A stretch of 64,000 nt of DNA from Octopus vulgaris (lineage: Eukaryota). Positions 15,298 to 30,133 of the stretch are shown one piece after another (the first letter of the stretch is position 1; every line of letters begins with the position of its first letter). The position numbers were made by a program, and so were the translations under genes. The stretch covers positions 13,640,001 through 13,704,000 of the forward strand of contig OX597831.1 in the NCBI GenBank assembly GCA_951406725.2. The letters run 5' to 3'. The notes beneath the pieces were generated by a model. It searched no databases and had not been told where the DNA came from. It saw nothing but the letters and a program-made list of their open reading frames with translations.

Positions 15298-15690
15298 AGG
15301 CACGGGTGTGTGGTTAATTGGTTCGTTCCTTAATTACGTTGTTTTCCTTTTAGTTCCATTGCGCTACACATTGGAATAATATCTTCTATTAAAGGCTCAG
15401 TCTGACCAAAGCCTTGTGAGTAAATTTGGTCGATGGAAACTATGTGGAGCGCCGTCATATTTCTGTGTTTGCGTGTGTGTCCTTGTTTTTGTGCTTGTCT
15501 TCTCACACAACACTTGACAATTGGTGTTGCTTTACTTACGTCCTCATGTCCTAGCGGTTCAGCCTAAGAGATCGATAGAAAAGTACCAGACTTAAAAAAT
15601 AAGTACTGAGGCAGATTAATTCGGATAAATGCTCCAAGGTGGTGCTCTAGCATGACCGCACACCGATCACTGAAACAAATAAAAAACAAA
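15298..15690 (+). mobile_element. Diverged SINE family A
   Basis: Colinear similarity to the other family A copies. Confidence 0.75.
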
Positions 15691-15837
15691 ATGTACCAAA
15701 AATCCCTCTACATCAGTTTTCTGAGACTGGATGAGATTATTACTCTATCATAATTTACTGGGGTTTCTACGTGTGTAAGATTTGTAAAATAAATGAAGAA
15801 ATATTTAAAAAAAGGAAGGCAAGAAAGTTACTGATGA

Positions 15838-16275
15838 CCTATAATGAAAGATAACGAGATTTACAGATATATACCTCGGATCAGTGACATATCTCAATGT
15901 GACAACTTCGTAATTCTTAAGAGAGACACATCTCAGACCAGTAGCAGAGCACACTGCTCTAGTTTTACACTTGCTGATATAAGTGTATTGTGGATTAAAA
16001 AGAGATCGCGGTTTTGTAACTCCACAATTGTTAACAAGGTCTTTTCGGACAAATAGACTATAAGGAAGGATAAATGGATTTATAGATATATACCTCGGAC
16101 CAGTGACGGATCTCAATGTGGCAACTTCATAATTATTAAGAGAGACACGTGCCGGACCAATAGCAGAACACACTGCTCCAGTTTTATACTTGCTATTATA
16201 AGTATATCTCAGATTAAAAAGAGATTACGGTTTTGTAACTTCAAAATTGCTAACAAGATCTTTTCAGACAAACAG
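15838..16275. repeat. Diverged tandem duplication, 219-bp unit
   Basis: ATACCTCGGA at 15871 and 16090; the two units are colinear throughout. Confidence 0.9.
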
Positions 16276-16339
16276 CGGGCCGCATTGGTGCAACGATACA
16301 ATGTTAGCAGGGACAAATCTTGGCTAAATAGAAGTAATA

Positions 16340-17027
16340 AATATTCCTTTCTACAATAAGCAAAAGGCAAAAGGAATTTGGTGGAAGGGGGTTAGTCCAT
16401 TACATCGACCCCATTGCTTGTCTGGTTCTTGTGTTATAGATCACGAAAGGATGAATGTCAAGGCTGACCTCAGCGGAATTGGAACTCAGAGCATAAAAGT
16501 GCACGAAATGCTGCTAAGCATTTTACCCACCTCTGCTAACCCTTCTGGCAGCACGCCGCCTTGCCGTAAAGCAATAGATATTGATTTCAAATTTTGGAAC
16601 AAGGCCAGCAATTTCGGAAGAGGGGTAAGTCGACTACATCGACCCCAGTTTACAACTGGTACTTATTTTACCGATCTCGAAAGGATGAAAAGCAATGTCA
16701 ACTTCGGCGGAATTTGATCACAGAACGTACTGAATGCACGATACGTTGCTAAGAATTATACTCGGCGAGAGCTAACGATTCTTTCCTACTCCAGGAACAA
16801 GGTCCGAAATTTTGGGGGACGGGACCAGTCGATTAGATCGCCCCAGTACGCAACTGGCACTTAATTTACCGACCCCGAAAGGATAAAAGGCAAAGTCGAC
16901 CTCGGCGGAATTTGAACTCAGAACGTAAAGACGGACGAAATGCCGCTTAGCATTTTGCCCGGCGTACTAACGTTTCTGCCAGCTCACCGCCATACAAGAG
17001 CTAACCATTCTGCCAGTTTGCCGCCTT
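16340..17027 (-). mobile_element. Cluster of three SINE family B copies, the third nested in the second
   Basis: Copies at ~16340-16562, 16585-17027 (outer) and 16783-16996 (inner); 15-bp TSD AGAGCTAAC(G/C)ATTCT at 16768 and 16997. Confidence 0.85.
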
Positions 17028-17053
17028 AGTGTACAGCAATATATATTGATATT

Positions 17054-17093
<40 letters not shown>

Positions 17094-18304
17094 CCGCAAA
17101 CTATAATCTTATAATTAACGGCAGAAACAAAACCTGGATCAACAGCCCTTTGTTGTGCTCTAATGCCACAATTCGATCAACAAACGTGTTTTCCATAATT
17201 TTGGCTAATCTTTGATGGTGAAGGTCACAGAGCGGAACTGTCGAGCTGGTTTTTTGTTCAAGAAAGTAAAAAATTCATTCCAAATTCGCAGCAAATCTAT
17301 TTTGGAAATGTACGAACATTACAACTTTAATGTTTTACTTATAAACAGAGAATGCAAATCCGATATCTAAAAAGTAAAATAAATTAAAATAAAATAAATG
17401 AATGATAATAAACCGTTTGTGTTGAAAACCTCATTCCGTGACAGCTTTCTCTGTAAACAAACGTAATCCGAGGCACTTCAATAAAACACAGATTGATTAA
17501 TCATGTCGCCGAAACAGAGATTTCTACTGGATGAACGAACCAGAACGATAAAACTAACATCGTAACCCAGCACATCCGGCTCTCCCACTTCTGTTTGTTC
17601 TTAATCTAATGTCATGCTTCCTCGTCGAATTTCAATCCGAACAGGAGAAGGTGTCAGTGGTTTCTTATGAATAAATTATTAATCTTCACCATTAGGAAAT
17701 AGATAACGACTCTGCACAAGTCTGAGAAGAAATCAATGATATATCCGTGTTGCTTGTTCAGTTTTGTGTCAATCGCTTACTCTGTTGATCTATCGTAAAA
17801 GACATACCAGCCTGGCTACCAAGATATTTCTCTTTCCAGCGTAGTATATCTAATACTATATATTCTTTTGTTGTCTTTTTAGGAAACAGAATTACGAGAA
17901 GGAATAGATTCCCAGTTCGTTCGCTCCCGCCCCTTTTAGTCGCTTCTTACGACACACAGGGAATACGGCGATTGCATTCTAACCCCCCCCCCCCCGCCCC
18001 TAGTCGCAAGGGTATTTGCTAATTAACCCTTAGCAAACCACTCCGAGTCAGTGTAGACCTGAGAACAATAGTGGTTTACAGGTGGTTCCATGCTGGAGAT
18101 AGGTCGTCTTCACCCTGGCTCCTTTGATATAATTATATATACATATGTACATTATCATTAATTTAATATATTAATTGCCTATAAATTTTTATAGCATGCT
18201 GACTACTTGATAAAACCCATTAACGTGATTTTTATCCCTATATTCTTTCATGAATTAATAAGAAATTATATATATATATATATATTATATTATATTATAT
18301 TATA

Positions 18305-18677
18305 TTATATAAAATCCGTTCTGTCTGTGTGTGTGTGTCTTCTAGGACCTCGAGGATCCTCCATCCGATTGCGCTCAAATTTGATAGGTAGATACCGAGG
18401 GTATCAGAGCGTGTATACGTCTTGGGAAAAGAACAAAAATCGATTCGAGGTGAGAATGCGATCGATAAAGCCGTGGGAACGTGCATTTGTCCGCGCAAGT
18501 ACATCAGCTGCTGCTATCGAAACTACGCGTACGCGAGAAAAATGCACGTGCAGCTAGCGCAAAAAAGCCGGCTGGCTTCAAATAATTCCACAAAATGCAG
18601 TATATTTAAGAGACCCAAAACGTTAAATGTTTGGCAACTCAGCACCGTCCATTGGACGGGGCCTTTTTGCTCTCGAG
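18305..18677 (+). mobile_element. Non-autonomous Helitron-like element, family 2
   Basis: TATATAAAA start with (TCTG/TG) tract; 3' hairpin CCGTCC-ATT-GGACGG at 18645-18659; ends CTCGAG|T in (TA)n; homologous to 44565-45121. Confidence 0.7.
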
Positions 18678-18764
18678 TATATATATATATATATATATAT
18701 ATTACAGCAAAAATCAAAATTTTGGACATAGTTACCAAAGGTTTCGTTTGTATATTTTATTGGC

Positions 18765-20131
<1,367 letters not shown>

Positions 20132-21024
20132 GGAAAACCCATGTTATGTTTGCAAAGATAGCGAGGATTTGATTTGGAAAATGTTTCGTTGCTAAATCTA
20201 AAAAATTAAGCTACAACATGCAAAGTTTGAAAGAGTGAATTGATTGGCAAAACCTAAAATTACGACGTAAAACTGAATAATCCAGTAGATATTTTTCACG
20301 TTAAGAGAATCCGTGGCATAAAGGTTACAGCGTTCGGCACATGATCTTAAGATCGTTGTTTTATATCCTGCAACCGAGCAAAATGCAATGTGTTTGAGCG
20401 AAGCCTCCTTCATATCACGTTGGTCCAGTCAACTAAGTCGTAAATGGGCACCAGACGAGTGTTGATTTGTATCAATTCCCCATTATTTATCACATTCCTG
20501 CAGAATATCTGCAGAGATAAAATTCAGCAAAGAAGCAAACAAACAAAATCTAACATAGTTGAATTCGGTTGGAAATTGAACCCGCTCATCGATGATTTAC
20601 ATCCTTCTACTTGTATCGTCTTCACGAAATCCTGGTAATAAATTTGACTAATCAAATATGCATTTACTTCCCATTCATGTATCCGTCTTCTTCTTTATTT
20701 AGTAAAAGATCTGTCGTCTGTAGTTTTGATGTTTAAGAATATTTCAACATCAAACGTTTGCATGGCAACAGATTCCAACAGTGGCGCCGCCTATAGGGTT
20801 TTTATATTACTCCTTTATATCTGACGACGTTATTTTCTATGTTATTGCTGTTGTTGGTAGAGGTGTTCTACTTTAGTACTCGCAATATTAATAGCAGTAG
20901 CAGTAGCAACAGTTACTTGCAGTAGTAAAAGGAAAAAATCTCAATTCTATCAGCAAAAAGCTGAATGGTGTGAGTAACGACAATACCATCCAAAAATACT
21001 ACTACTACTACAACAACAACAACA

Positions 21025-21092
<68 letters not shown>

Positions 21093-21256
21093 TGCTACTA
21101 CTACTACTACTTGTTGAAGTTGTTATGGTTCTTTGCTGATGTGATTGCATTTTGTCTTCATTCTAGCCATGACCATCCAGTTTGTTTGGTGATCAGAAAC
21201 AGTGCATTCAATGTGCGTGCGTGAATGTATGAGAATATATTTATATCTATATTGGA

Positions 21257-21700
<444 letters not shown>

Positions 21701-21996
21701 GACATCAGATACACATACACACCACGCACATCTATGCTATAAGCATATATTTATTTCTTTGCGAATAAATGTGTGCGAGTGAATGTCTGTGTGTCCGTCT
21801 TTGTATGTTTGTGACTGCTTAACAACTGATGCTGGTTTCTTTCCGTTCCCGTAAGAGCGGGTCAGCAAATGACATCGATAGAATATTACCATACCTAAAG
21901 AATAAGTACTATGGGTCGATCTCTTTAACGTTTCAGGGCGGTGCTACAGCTTGACCAATGACCACAAGAAAGGATAAAACGATATGAAGTTATATA

Positions 21997-22043
<47 letters not shown>

Positions 22044-22052
22044 GTATGTATA

Positions 22053-22120
<68 letters not shown>

Positions 22121-22129
22121 TGTATGTAT

Positions 22130-22417
22130 AGGTGAAGAATTCGGAGTGGGATTCCACGTGTTGGTAAATACAAAATAAGATTTAAGGTGAAAAAAGCACA
22201 GAAATCTTGTTTGTGCAGATAAAGATCATTTACTCCATTACAATATCTACAGAGTCGACCGGTTTCCCATCGCTAACCATGACTTAATGTTAGGAAATCA
22301 TAATAAGTTTTTGATTTAATCTTGCGTAGAAGCAGGCATGAAACAGTTTTGCATTTATACAGGCGGGTATTGATGAAGTGGGATAATCAGTGAATATAAT
22401 GTTGTTTAGGACTCCTC
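22130..22417 (-). mobile_element. Probable inverted PLE pseudo-LTR with degenerate hammerhead
   Basis: Minus strand has GAAAC-CG-GTC-GACTC (22266-22252) and an upstream GAGTC-CTAAACA (~22414-22403); lies opposite to the PLE RT fragment. Confidence 0.4.
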
Positions 22418-22419
22418 AA

Positions 22420-23012
22420 CAGCATAAATAAAGCAATTCTCAAATTACAATGGAGCACAACAAATAGGAAGTCCATTTTCCAGGTATATTAATCAAAAAA
22501 GTAAATGAAAAATAGAAAACTCCATATTTTACAAAACTACATACTCGAAACAATACTTATTATTTAGCTCATGCCACCCGAGACATATTAAAATAAATGA
22601 TCCATTCAATCTAGCGAGAAGAATCTGCACTATAGTGCCGGAAAAAGCACGAGAGAATTCAGCCTACTAGAACTTATAAACATACTCTGCAACAGACACT
22701 ACCCAACTTCTCTTACAGATGATGGGATAAAACGTGCAAAAGAATTAATATACAAACCCTAAGTGAGGTCAAACAAAACAACATACCCACTCTAAAAGTA
22801 TTACCTTACATTTCCGCATAGAACCCCAAATAACAAAACGAACCATATAACATTATTATCCAAAACCTTCCAATACTACATGAGGACCGTAATCTGTATG
22901 AAATCCTACGCACCCATAAAATTATCAAAATCAACAAATAGCCCAAACTCCTAAAGCGGTACTCACAAATGCAAAACTAGACACAAAAGTAACGGAAGCA
23001 AGAGTTTAGAAA
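22420..23012 (+). pseudogene. Penelope-like element RT C-terminal/linker fragment
   Basis: IENSIFYKTTYSKQYLLFSSCHPRHIKINDPFNLARRICTIV matches the PLE YLxxxSxHP..K..IP...ARR motif; frameshifted. Confidence 0.85.
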
Positions 23013-23162
23013 TGTTTATTTTCTCTTACTCCTGTCTATTGATGAGCGTAGGCTCGAAACGTAATAGACTTTTTCATATTCCCGAGCGTCAAACTAATAC
23101 ACTTGCTTGTTGTCCATACATCTGCCTCCGTTTTTTTGTTTTTCTGTAAATTTCAACTATAT
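23013..23162 (+). mobile_element. PLE pseudo-LTR with hammerhead-like motif at 23032-23067 (core CUAUUGA)
   Basis: CTGT-CTATTGA-T-GAGC-GTAG-GCTC-GAAAC-GTA-ATAG directly downstream of the PLE RT; ends in a microsatellite. Confidence 0.75.
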
Positions 23163-23204
23163 ACAATATGTGTGTGTATGTGTGTATGCATGTATATATA
23201 TTAA

Positions 23205-23237
<33 letters not shown>

Positions 23238-23386
23238 TGTATGTATGTATGTATGTTTGTATGCATATATGCATGTACGGGCAAATAGTGAGAGAGGAGT
23301 GCACACATGAATATACATATATGGAACAAGAGAAAGAAATTCACAGAAAGCTAACTGGGCATGCCGCAATATACGCGTGCGCGTTT

Positions 23387-23427
<41 letters not shown>

Positions 23428-25403
23428 CAATTACCAGTATTTGATCAAATGATACGCTGAAGCTGTCTATGCTTCTGGAGTGCCTCAATGCATATAGAAT
23501 ACAGTATGTAAATACTACATATTGAAACAATTTGTTACATGTTTCAAATGTATCTAATTGAATTACTGCCTAATTTATTATTGCTGACGTATTTAATTAT
23601 GAGAAACATCCTTTACAATAGTTAGACTTGAGAATAGAAATTAAATTAATTATTCAAATTTAAAACAAATAGCCCAGTTCCAAACAGACGATACCTGACT
23701 CATACATAAACGAGCGCTAAAAATCATCCATTGAACGTTCATTCTATTACCACCCCCTCTCCAACTCGTAACACTTCTCAATCCCTTTCCTTTTTTTTTT
23801 TGTTTTACAGACGTGTTTTCCTCATCCACCATATTTAGGCTCTCTCTCTCTCTTTCTTCCTCTCCGACTCTCTCTCCCTCACTCCACCTCTCGCTCCCTC
23901 TCCTCTCTCGTTCCTCCACCTCCCCCCGTCTCTCTCTCACACATTTTCTTTCTCTTTATAATCTACAAATTTATTCTTCCTGAATTATTGCTGCGTTCTG
24001 TATTTTTCTTCCATTTTAACTAAACAAAAGCTTACGATCTTAAAATCTACGCTCGATCCATCCTCTGGGTAATCCTATCTAATACTATATTACGTATGGG
24101 GCATTGCCTCGAAAGAAAGAGAGAGGTCGATCAACACTCCCATACAACCATAAAATCTCACCCCATTACCAGCAATATATCCAAAATTTATAAAGATCAT
24201 CTGATTTGGAGATGTCAGCGGCTCCGAACCATGTTGAAAAAATCCTTAATGTTATAATACGTTATACTTGTAAGGTACACTATGTCTCTCTTGTTCACAA
24301 ACATTGTATAACATTCAAGAAAGTAATCTATTGAATAATATATAAATACATATATACATATACGATTTCAATACGGAGCAAATAATTCAGGAGAAAAATA
24401 TTTGCAAAGATGTCATTGACACTATTATTATCTAGTGAAATAATTAAAAATGATAATTACGGAATCAATAATATAGGTGATTGCATATATGTATACACAC
24501 GCACAAGCACACACACACACACAAGCATACACACATTTAAACTGCGCCCATCTACACTGGAGATCCTAACCCTGGCATTGAGGCTTTCTACAGGCTACAG
24601 GTTTTTTCATTAGCCATTCATTAAAAAAATACAATTATACTATATCAGTATTCGTGTCCGTATTTATGACTGCACAACTACTATAAGAATAACAACCAGA
24701 CCCAGTGAACCGCACCACAGAATCTATTGACTCTTCGCCAAACGAAATCGTATCACTGGCCAGTAATAGCCACTGGCTTTATTAATATCTACTTAATTCT
24801 GTGTGCGAGCGTATGTGTTGCAAACTAAGCGTGTGTATGTCATTGTATGTGCGTTTGTACGAGCGCCAGATCACGTATTTGAGGACGTTTGTGGATGGAC
24901 GTCTACTAACGGTTACATCTAATACTTTTGTCAGTGAACTATGCATGTGTTTCTTTTTGTATTTGATATTTTATATGAATCTTGTGGAAGAATGAAGCTC
25001 TAAACCTTGATTTACCATTTCTATAAACGAAAATCAATTAGAAATCTTGCGAAACAGTTTATTTTAACGAGATAACTCTTGAAATCCCCCGAGGAGACAA
25101 ATCTACACCAAGGGATACAACCAAACCAGATGTTCGGTATCTCACGCGCGAGGGATCGATGCTAGATGGGTCGAAGCAGCCATAGTGATCAATAGTTGTT
25201 CTCTTATATGCCCCCCCCCCCCCCCACATATATTTTATTCTTGTTTCAGTCAGAAGAATTTTGGTTGAAAGAATCACCTCCAGAATATATCTTTATTTTC
25301 TTTAAATTTACTACTTACTCTATTAATGCCTTTGCTGAGTTGATAGATTACGGGGACATAAATACACTAACACCGCTTTTCAAGCGGTGGGGGAGGTACA
25401 CAT

Positions 25404-25530
<127 letters not shown>

Positions 25531-25646
25531 TGTATGTATGTATGTATATAGTTAATCCAAACAAGAAAACACAAAAAAAACACAACGCGAGGACGTGGAA
25601 CAAATATAGTATTATTGGACGCTCAGGAAAGAAGGGAAGAAGGAGG

Positions 25647-25681
25647 GTTTAACGTTTCGAGCGGAGCTCTTCGTCGGAAAC
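25647..25681 (-). ncRNA. Minimal type I hammerhead-like motif, core CCGACGA
   Basis: GTTT-CCGACGA-A-GAGC-TCC-GCTC-GAAAC-GTT-AAAC; perfect 4-bp helices I and II. Confidence 0.65.
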
Positions 25682-25846
25682 ATAGGAGAAGGAAAGATCC
25701 AGAGAAGGGAAGACAGAGGAAAAAAATCGCCAACGGTACACACGAGGTCACATTAGGGAAATTTTACGAAAATAAACAAAAGACGAAGGCAAGTGGTGTA
25801 CAAAACAAACAGATGAATTAGTATAGCGCTCAGGGATAGAAAAAGT

Positions 25847-25882
25847 ATTTTACGTTTCGAACCTACGCTCTTCTACAGAAAG
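25847..25882 (-). ncRNA. Minimal type I hammerhead-like motif, core CUGUAGA
   Basis: CTTT-CTGTAGA-A-GAGC-GTAG-GTTC-GAAAC-GTA-AAAT; one mismatch in each of helices I and II. Confidence 0.55.
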
Positions 25883-25973
25883 GGACACAGAGAAAACAAG
25901 GAGAGAAACAAGGAGAGAAAAATAATGTGTGTAGTAGCTACCGATCTATCATGGCGTATATAATATATACACA

Positions 25974-26895
25974 CAGGTTATCTCAAAAGTCACTATACAC
26001 TCCCTTTTTCTATTTCGTTTCAGGTATCATTCGAAGAGACGTAAGGGCGTCGGCATTTGACAGCCTAGGCCTTGCAGTTTTCTTTCGTGTCATTCCCTTG
26101 CTCATGCCTCCCCAATTGACGTCAGAGCAGCGTTGCAAAATTACCGCATGGCAAGCAGTTTTTCAGTCCCCTACTGCAGTTCAGCGCAAGTTTGAATAGG
26201 TTTATGGCTGTCACACTGCTCTAACGCGTAGCACAATTTATGATACCCATTGCAAGTTTCTCGGAACAGAATCTATTCTTGATAAACTACGTAGAGGAAG
26301 TCCTACAATGATCATTACTGATGAAAATACCGAAATCCTGTAGCTGGCGTTTGTGAAAAGCCAAGGGAAGTCCATCCGGGGGGTCTACATTGGAACTTAG
26401 CAACAACAAAAGCTTGATTCTGTGGATGCTTCAAAGAGTGATTGTTCAACAAGACGGAGCTCCTCTTCAAATCGTCATCAGGTTAGTGAAAGATTTCCTG
26501 AATATTAAGTTCCCTGACGGATGGATCGGTCGAAGGGGACCCTGAAATGGGCTCCGCGCTCCCCAGACCTCACACCTTGTGACTTATTTTCTGTGCGGCT
26601 TTATCAAAAGCAAGGTGTATGCCACTAAACTCCGTGACCTGTTACAGGTTGTACAAAGAATCTGCAAGGCCTGCAGCGAAGTCGGGAAATGATGCTCCAA
26701 AATATCGGCGAAGCCTGCGTCCGAAGGTGGTTGAAGGTTGTCGAAAATGGAGGCGTTCATGAGGCGTTTAGTCCTCAAGGCGGTGGAACTTGGCGGCAAG
26801 TCTTACATGTAAAACAACAATGACGAACAATATGAATAAACTCAGTTTCTTGTGTAATTCTTTGGAATTAATTAAAAGTTTATAGTGACTTTTGG
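25974..26895 (+). mobile_element. Internally deleted Tc1/mariner element, DD41D (rosa)-like
   Basis: TIR cores CAAAAGTCACTATA / TATAGTGACTTTTG; N-terminal SPTAVQRKF; QQDGAP..FPDGWIGRRGP..WAPRSPDLTPCDLFL. Confidence 0.85.
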
Positions 26896-26916
26896 TGTAT
26901 ATATATACATATATAT

Positions 26917-27060
26917 ACGATAGACTTCTTTCAGTTTGTAAAGCATTGGCCGACCCGAGGTAATAGTAGATGACACTTGCCCAACGTGCTACACAGTGGG
27001 ACTGAACCTGAAACGACGTAGTTGGGAAGCAAACTTGATATCAAACAGCCACGCTTACTC
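26917..27060 (-). mobile_element. SINE family A, 5' half
   Basis: GACACTTGCCCAA..AGTGGGACTGAACC similarity to other copies. Confidence 0.8.
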
Positions 27061-27730
27061 TATATACATTTAATTATACACACACGTGCGTATATATATT
27101 TACATACGTATATATATTTACATATATATGATTTTAAAAATGCAAGGTTTTAGTATATACATTGCACAGCCATTTAGCAATCTGAATACATTTGTAAAAA
27201 AAAAAAAATTATTGCAAACAGGTGGCAACACCATAGTGCTTTTGTGATAATCGTGACTTACTATTTTGTTTAAGGACAAAGAGAAATGTTTTGTTTATTT
27301 GTTTGTTTGTTTTTGCTTAAACCAGACTGAAACTGGGTTTAACCAGAGAAGTGTTCTGGTATTTTACGTCTTTTTTTTTAAGTCACGTTGTACACAATTT
27401 ATATAACATCTACGCTGAAGCTCTTTTTGTGTTCTTTGTTCAATTTTAACTATTCATATTTCTCTAGTGATGCAAGACAAATATTTTTCTACACTTTTCA
27501 ACACTTGTTTCATTGTATTGTATTGAATAAAAAATAAATAAGCTCCACTCCCGCTACATACATTACGAAGATTTATTAAAAGTCATTAAGTTTCATTGTA
27601 TTGACCAAGCACGCACACATATACTCTCGCGTCTAATGGATCTTCTCATTATAAGCTTTGCAGAATTTTGAATTTCGTTGCCATATTTCTGTTGAAATAT
27701 ACTGTTTTTCTAAAAATTAATTTTGAAAAT

Positions 27731-28225
27731 TAGGCGCAGACGTGGCTGTGAGATAAGAAGCTTTATCCCTACACAAATGGTTCTGGGTTCACACCCAGCG
27801 TGTGTCACCTTGGTAAGTGCCTTCTCCTCTAGCCCCTCATCACCCAAAGCCTTGTGAGTAAATATGGTGGACGTAAATTGAAAGATGCCAGTCGTATATG
27901 TGTATATGTGTTTATGCGTATGTTTGTGTATGGGTATGTGTGTATATGTATATGTGTGTGTCTCTTTATGTATGAGTATGTGCGTGTATGTGAGTGTGTA
28001 GGTGTGTATATTCGTGTATGCGTGTGTGTGTATATGTATGTGTGTATGTGCGTGTGTATATATATGTGTGTGTGTGTGCCTGTGTTTGTTCCCCGCCACT
28101 GCTTGACTTGGCAACCCGTGTTGGTTTGTATACCACCCCGTAACTAAGCAGTTCAGTGGAAAACTGACAAAATAAGTACCAGTTTTTGAAATAATAAACT
28201 CTGGAGTCGAAATGTTGAGACTCAC
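27731..28225 (+). mobile_element. Diverged SINE family A with expanded internal (TG/TA) tract
   Basis: AGGCGCAGACGTGGCTGTG head; AAAGCCTTGTGAG; AATAAGTACCAG. Confidence 0.8.
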
Positions 28226-28329
28226 ATCTAAAAATGTCTGTTCGATACTTAATTTCCATTTGAAATATCAACGGATCATTAATGCTACTAGAACACTACT
28301 GTGTTTGATTTTAGTTGCTCGTCTATACA

Positions 28330-28885
28330 GTAGTAAACAGGTACAATGAGGAGGTGTATCTTCTGTATGTAATGTGTTTAAATAGGTACAATAAGGAGGT
28401 ACATCTTTTATCTGTGACATGTTTAAATAGGTACAAAGAGGGGGTACATCTTTTATCTGTGACCTGTTTAAATAGGTACAATGAGGAGGTGTATCTATTT
28501 AAACACGTCATAGATAAAAGATAAACCTATGTTTAAATAAGTGAAATAAGGAGGGGTATCTTTTGTCTGTAACCTGATTAAATCTGTACAATGAGGAGAT
28601 CTATTTTCTGTCTGTGACCAATTTAAATATATAGAATAAGGAGTTGCATCCTTTGTTTGTGACCTGTTGAAATAGATACAATAAGGTGGGATATCTTTTG
28701 TCTGCGACTCGTTTAAGAAGGTATAACGAGGATGTGTATCCTTTGTCTATGACCTGATTAAATAGGTACAATAAGAAAGTGTTTCTTTTGTCTGTGACCT
28801 GTTTAGATATGTACAATGACGGACTGTATCTTTTATCTGTGACCTGTATAAGTATGTACAATGACTGGTGTATTTTTGTCTGTGG
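28330..28885. repeat. 45-bp minisatellite, about 12 diverged units
   Basis: AATAGGTACA recurs at 28381, 28426 and 28471; consensus approximately TGTTTAAATAGGTACAATGAGGAGGTGTATCTTTTGTCTGTGACC. Confidence 0.92.
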
Positions 28886-29779
28886 TCTACTAAGTCAATG
28901 TATAACTAACAAGTTATTTTATCAATATTTCGCCAATAAATTGTCCGGTCTCGATCTCAGTTTCTCTCTTTATCAAATGATTTCATGATACAAACCCAGA
29001 TGGGGCTAAAAATAGCAGTCAAATCTAGTTCAAACCACACCCTACAATCTTAGAAATGGACTTTTGGGGTAAAGTGGTTCAGGGTTTTCTGCTCGGGAGA
29101 AAAAGCCGGATACTCACAACTGGGCTACCTTTGGTCATTGACGCGTTCGATCAGAGCTAAAACGAGGCTTAAGAATGAAATACCAAAGAGGAAGGGTGAC
29201 TCTGGGTGTACAGAATCACTATTCTTGAAAAATAAAATAAACTGGATGGCCAAGAATGGAATGCCTTTGATCAGTCCTCAGCGTAGGCCGTGTTTTTGCA
29301 GCTGCTTTTCTCCTTCACTTTGTACCGCTTAGCCTGATTAATGCTGTTTGAAACAAAATCTCTTCTATCATTCTGACCCGACGATGTCCGTTTTGTTCGC
29401 AGGCGTAGAAATACTCAGCTTTGTATCTCAGCTCGGAGCAAAGTGGTGAAACAGATTGAAATCAAAATCTACCTCATGTGGCTGTCCTATTGCAAAAGTC
29501 TTGAAGAAGGACTTCTTAGAAGAAAGCTACAGCTATTTATGATAAGTTATATACATGTTGGGCATCTGTGTTTGACAACTGCTTGTTATCGTGATCCAAT
29601 TAGGCTCTGGATGTCTCAGGTTCGTTTATTGATATTTTAAAAATATTTTCTAAAATCCTTCGGTGATGAAGTAGACGTGTGTTGAATTAACCATTTGGAT
29701 GTTTATAATCGTGAATCTGCAGAGAGTCTTTTGATTTATGAATAATGAGATTGCTGTCATATCAAAAGATGAACCAATC

Positions 29780-29780
29780 A

Positions 29781-29834
<54 letters not shown>

Positions 29835-29914
29835 CATATATATATAAATATATACATATATATATACATATATATAGATGTATATATATATATGTATGCA
29901 TATGTATATGTATA

Positions 29915-29952
<38 letters not shown>

Positions 29953-29998
29953 TATATACATATATATAGATGTATATATATATATATGTATGCATATG

Positions 29999-30042
<44 letters not shown>

Positions 30043-30092
30043 TATAGATGTATATATATATATGTATGCATATGTATATGTATATATATGTA

Positions 30093-30133
<41 letters not shown>

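Larger units (their letters stand above)
25550..25956 (-). mobile_element. Two tandem, divergent PLE pseudo-LTRs
   Basis: Units 25550-25752 and 25753-25956 each have a pyrimidine-rich leader, an HHR motif and a CTGAGCG..TAAT motif, like 23013-23162. Confidence 0.75.

Noticed and set aside
15825-15865. CTGATGA..GAAA at the start of the 219-bp duplication (possible retrozyme)
   Set aside because: No helix II pairing and not conserved in the second unit
28330-28885. CRISPR-like array or 15-aa repeat protein
   Set aside because: No unique spacers; eukaryotic context; frames are broken by stops and an inverted unit
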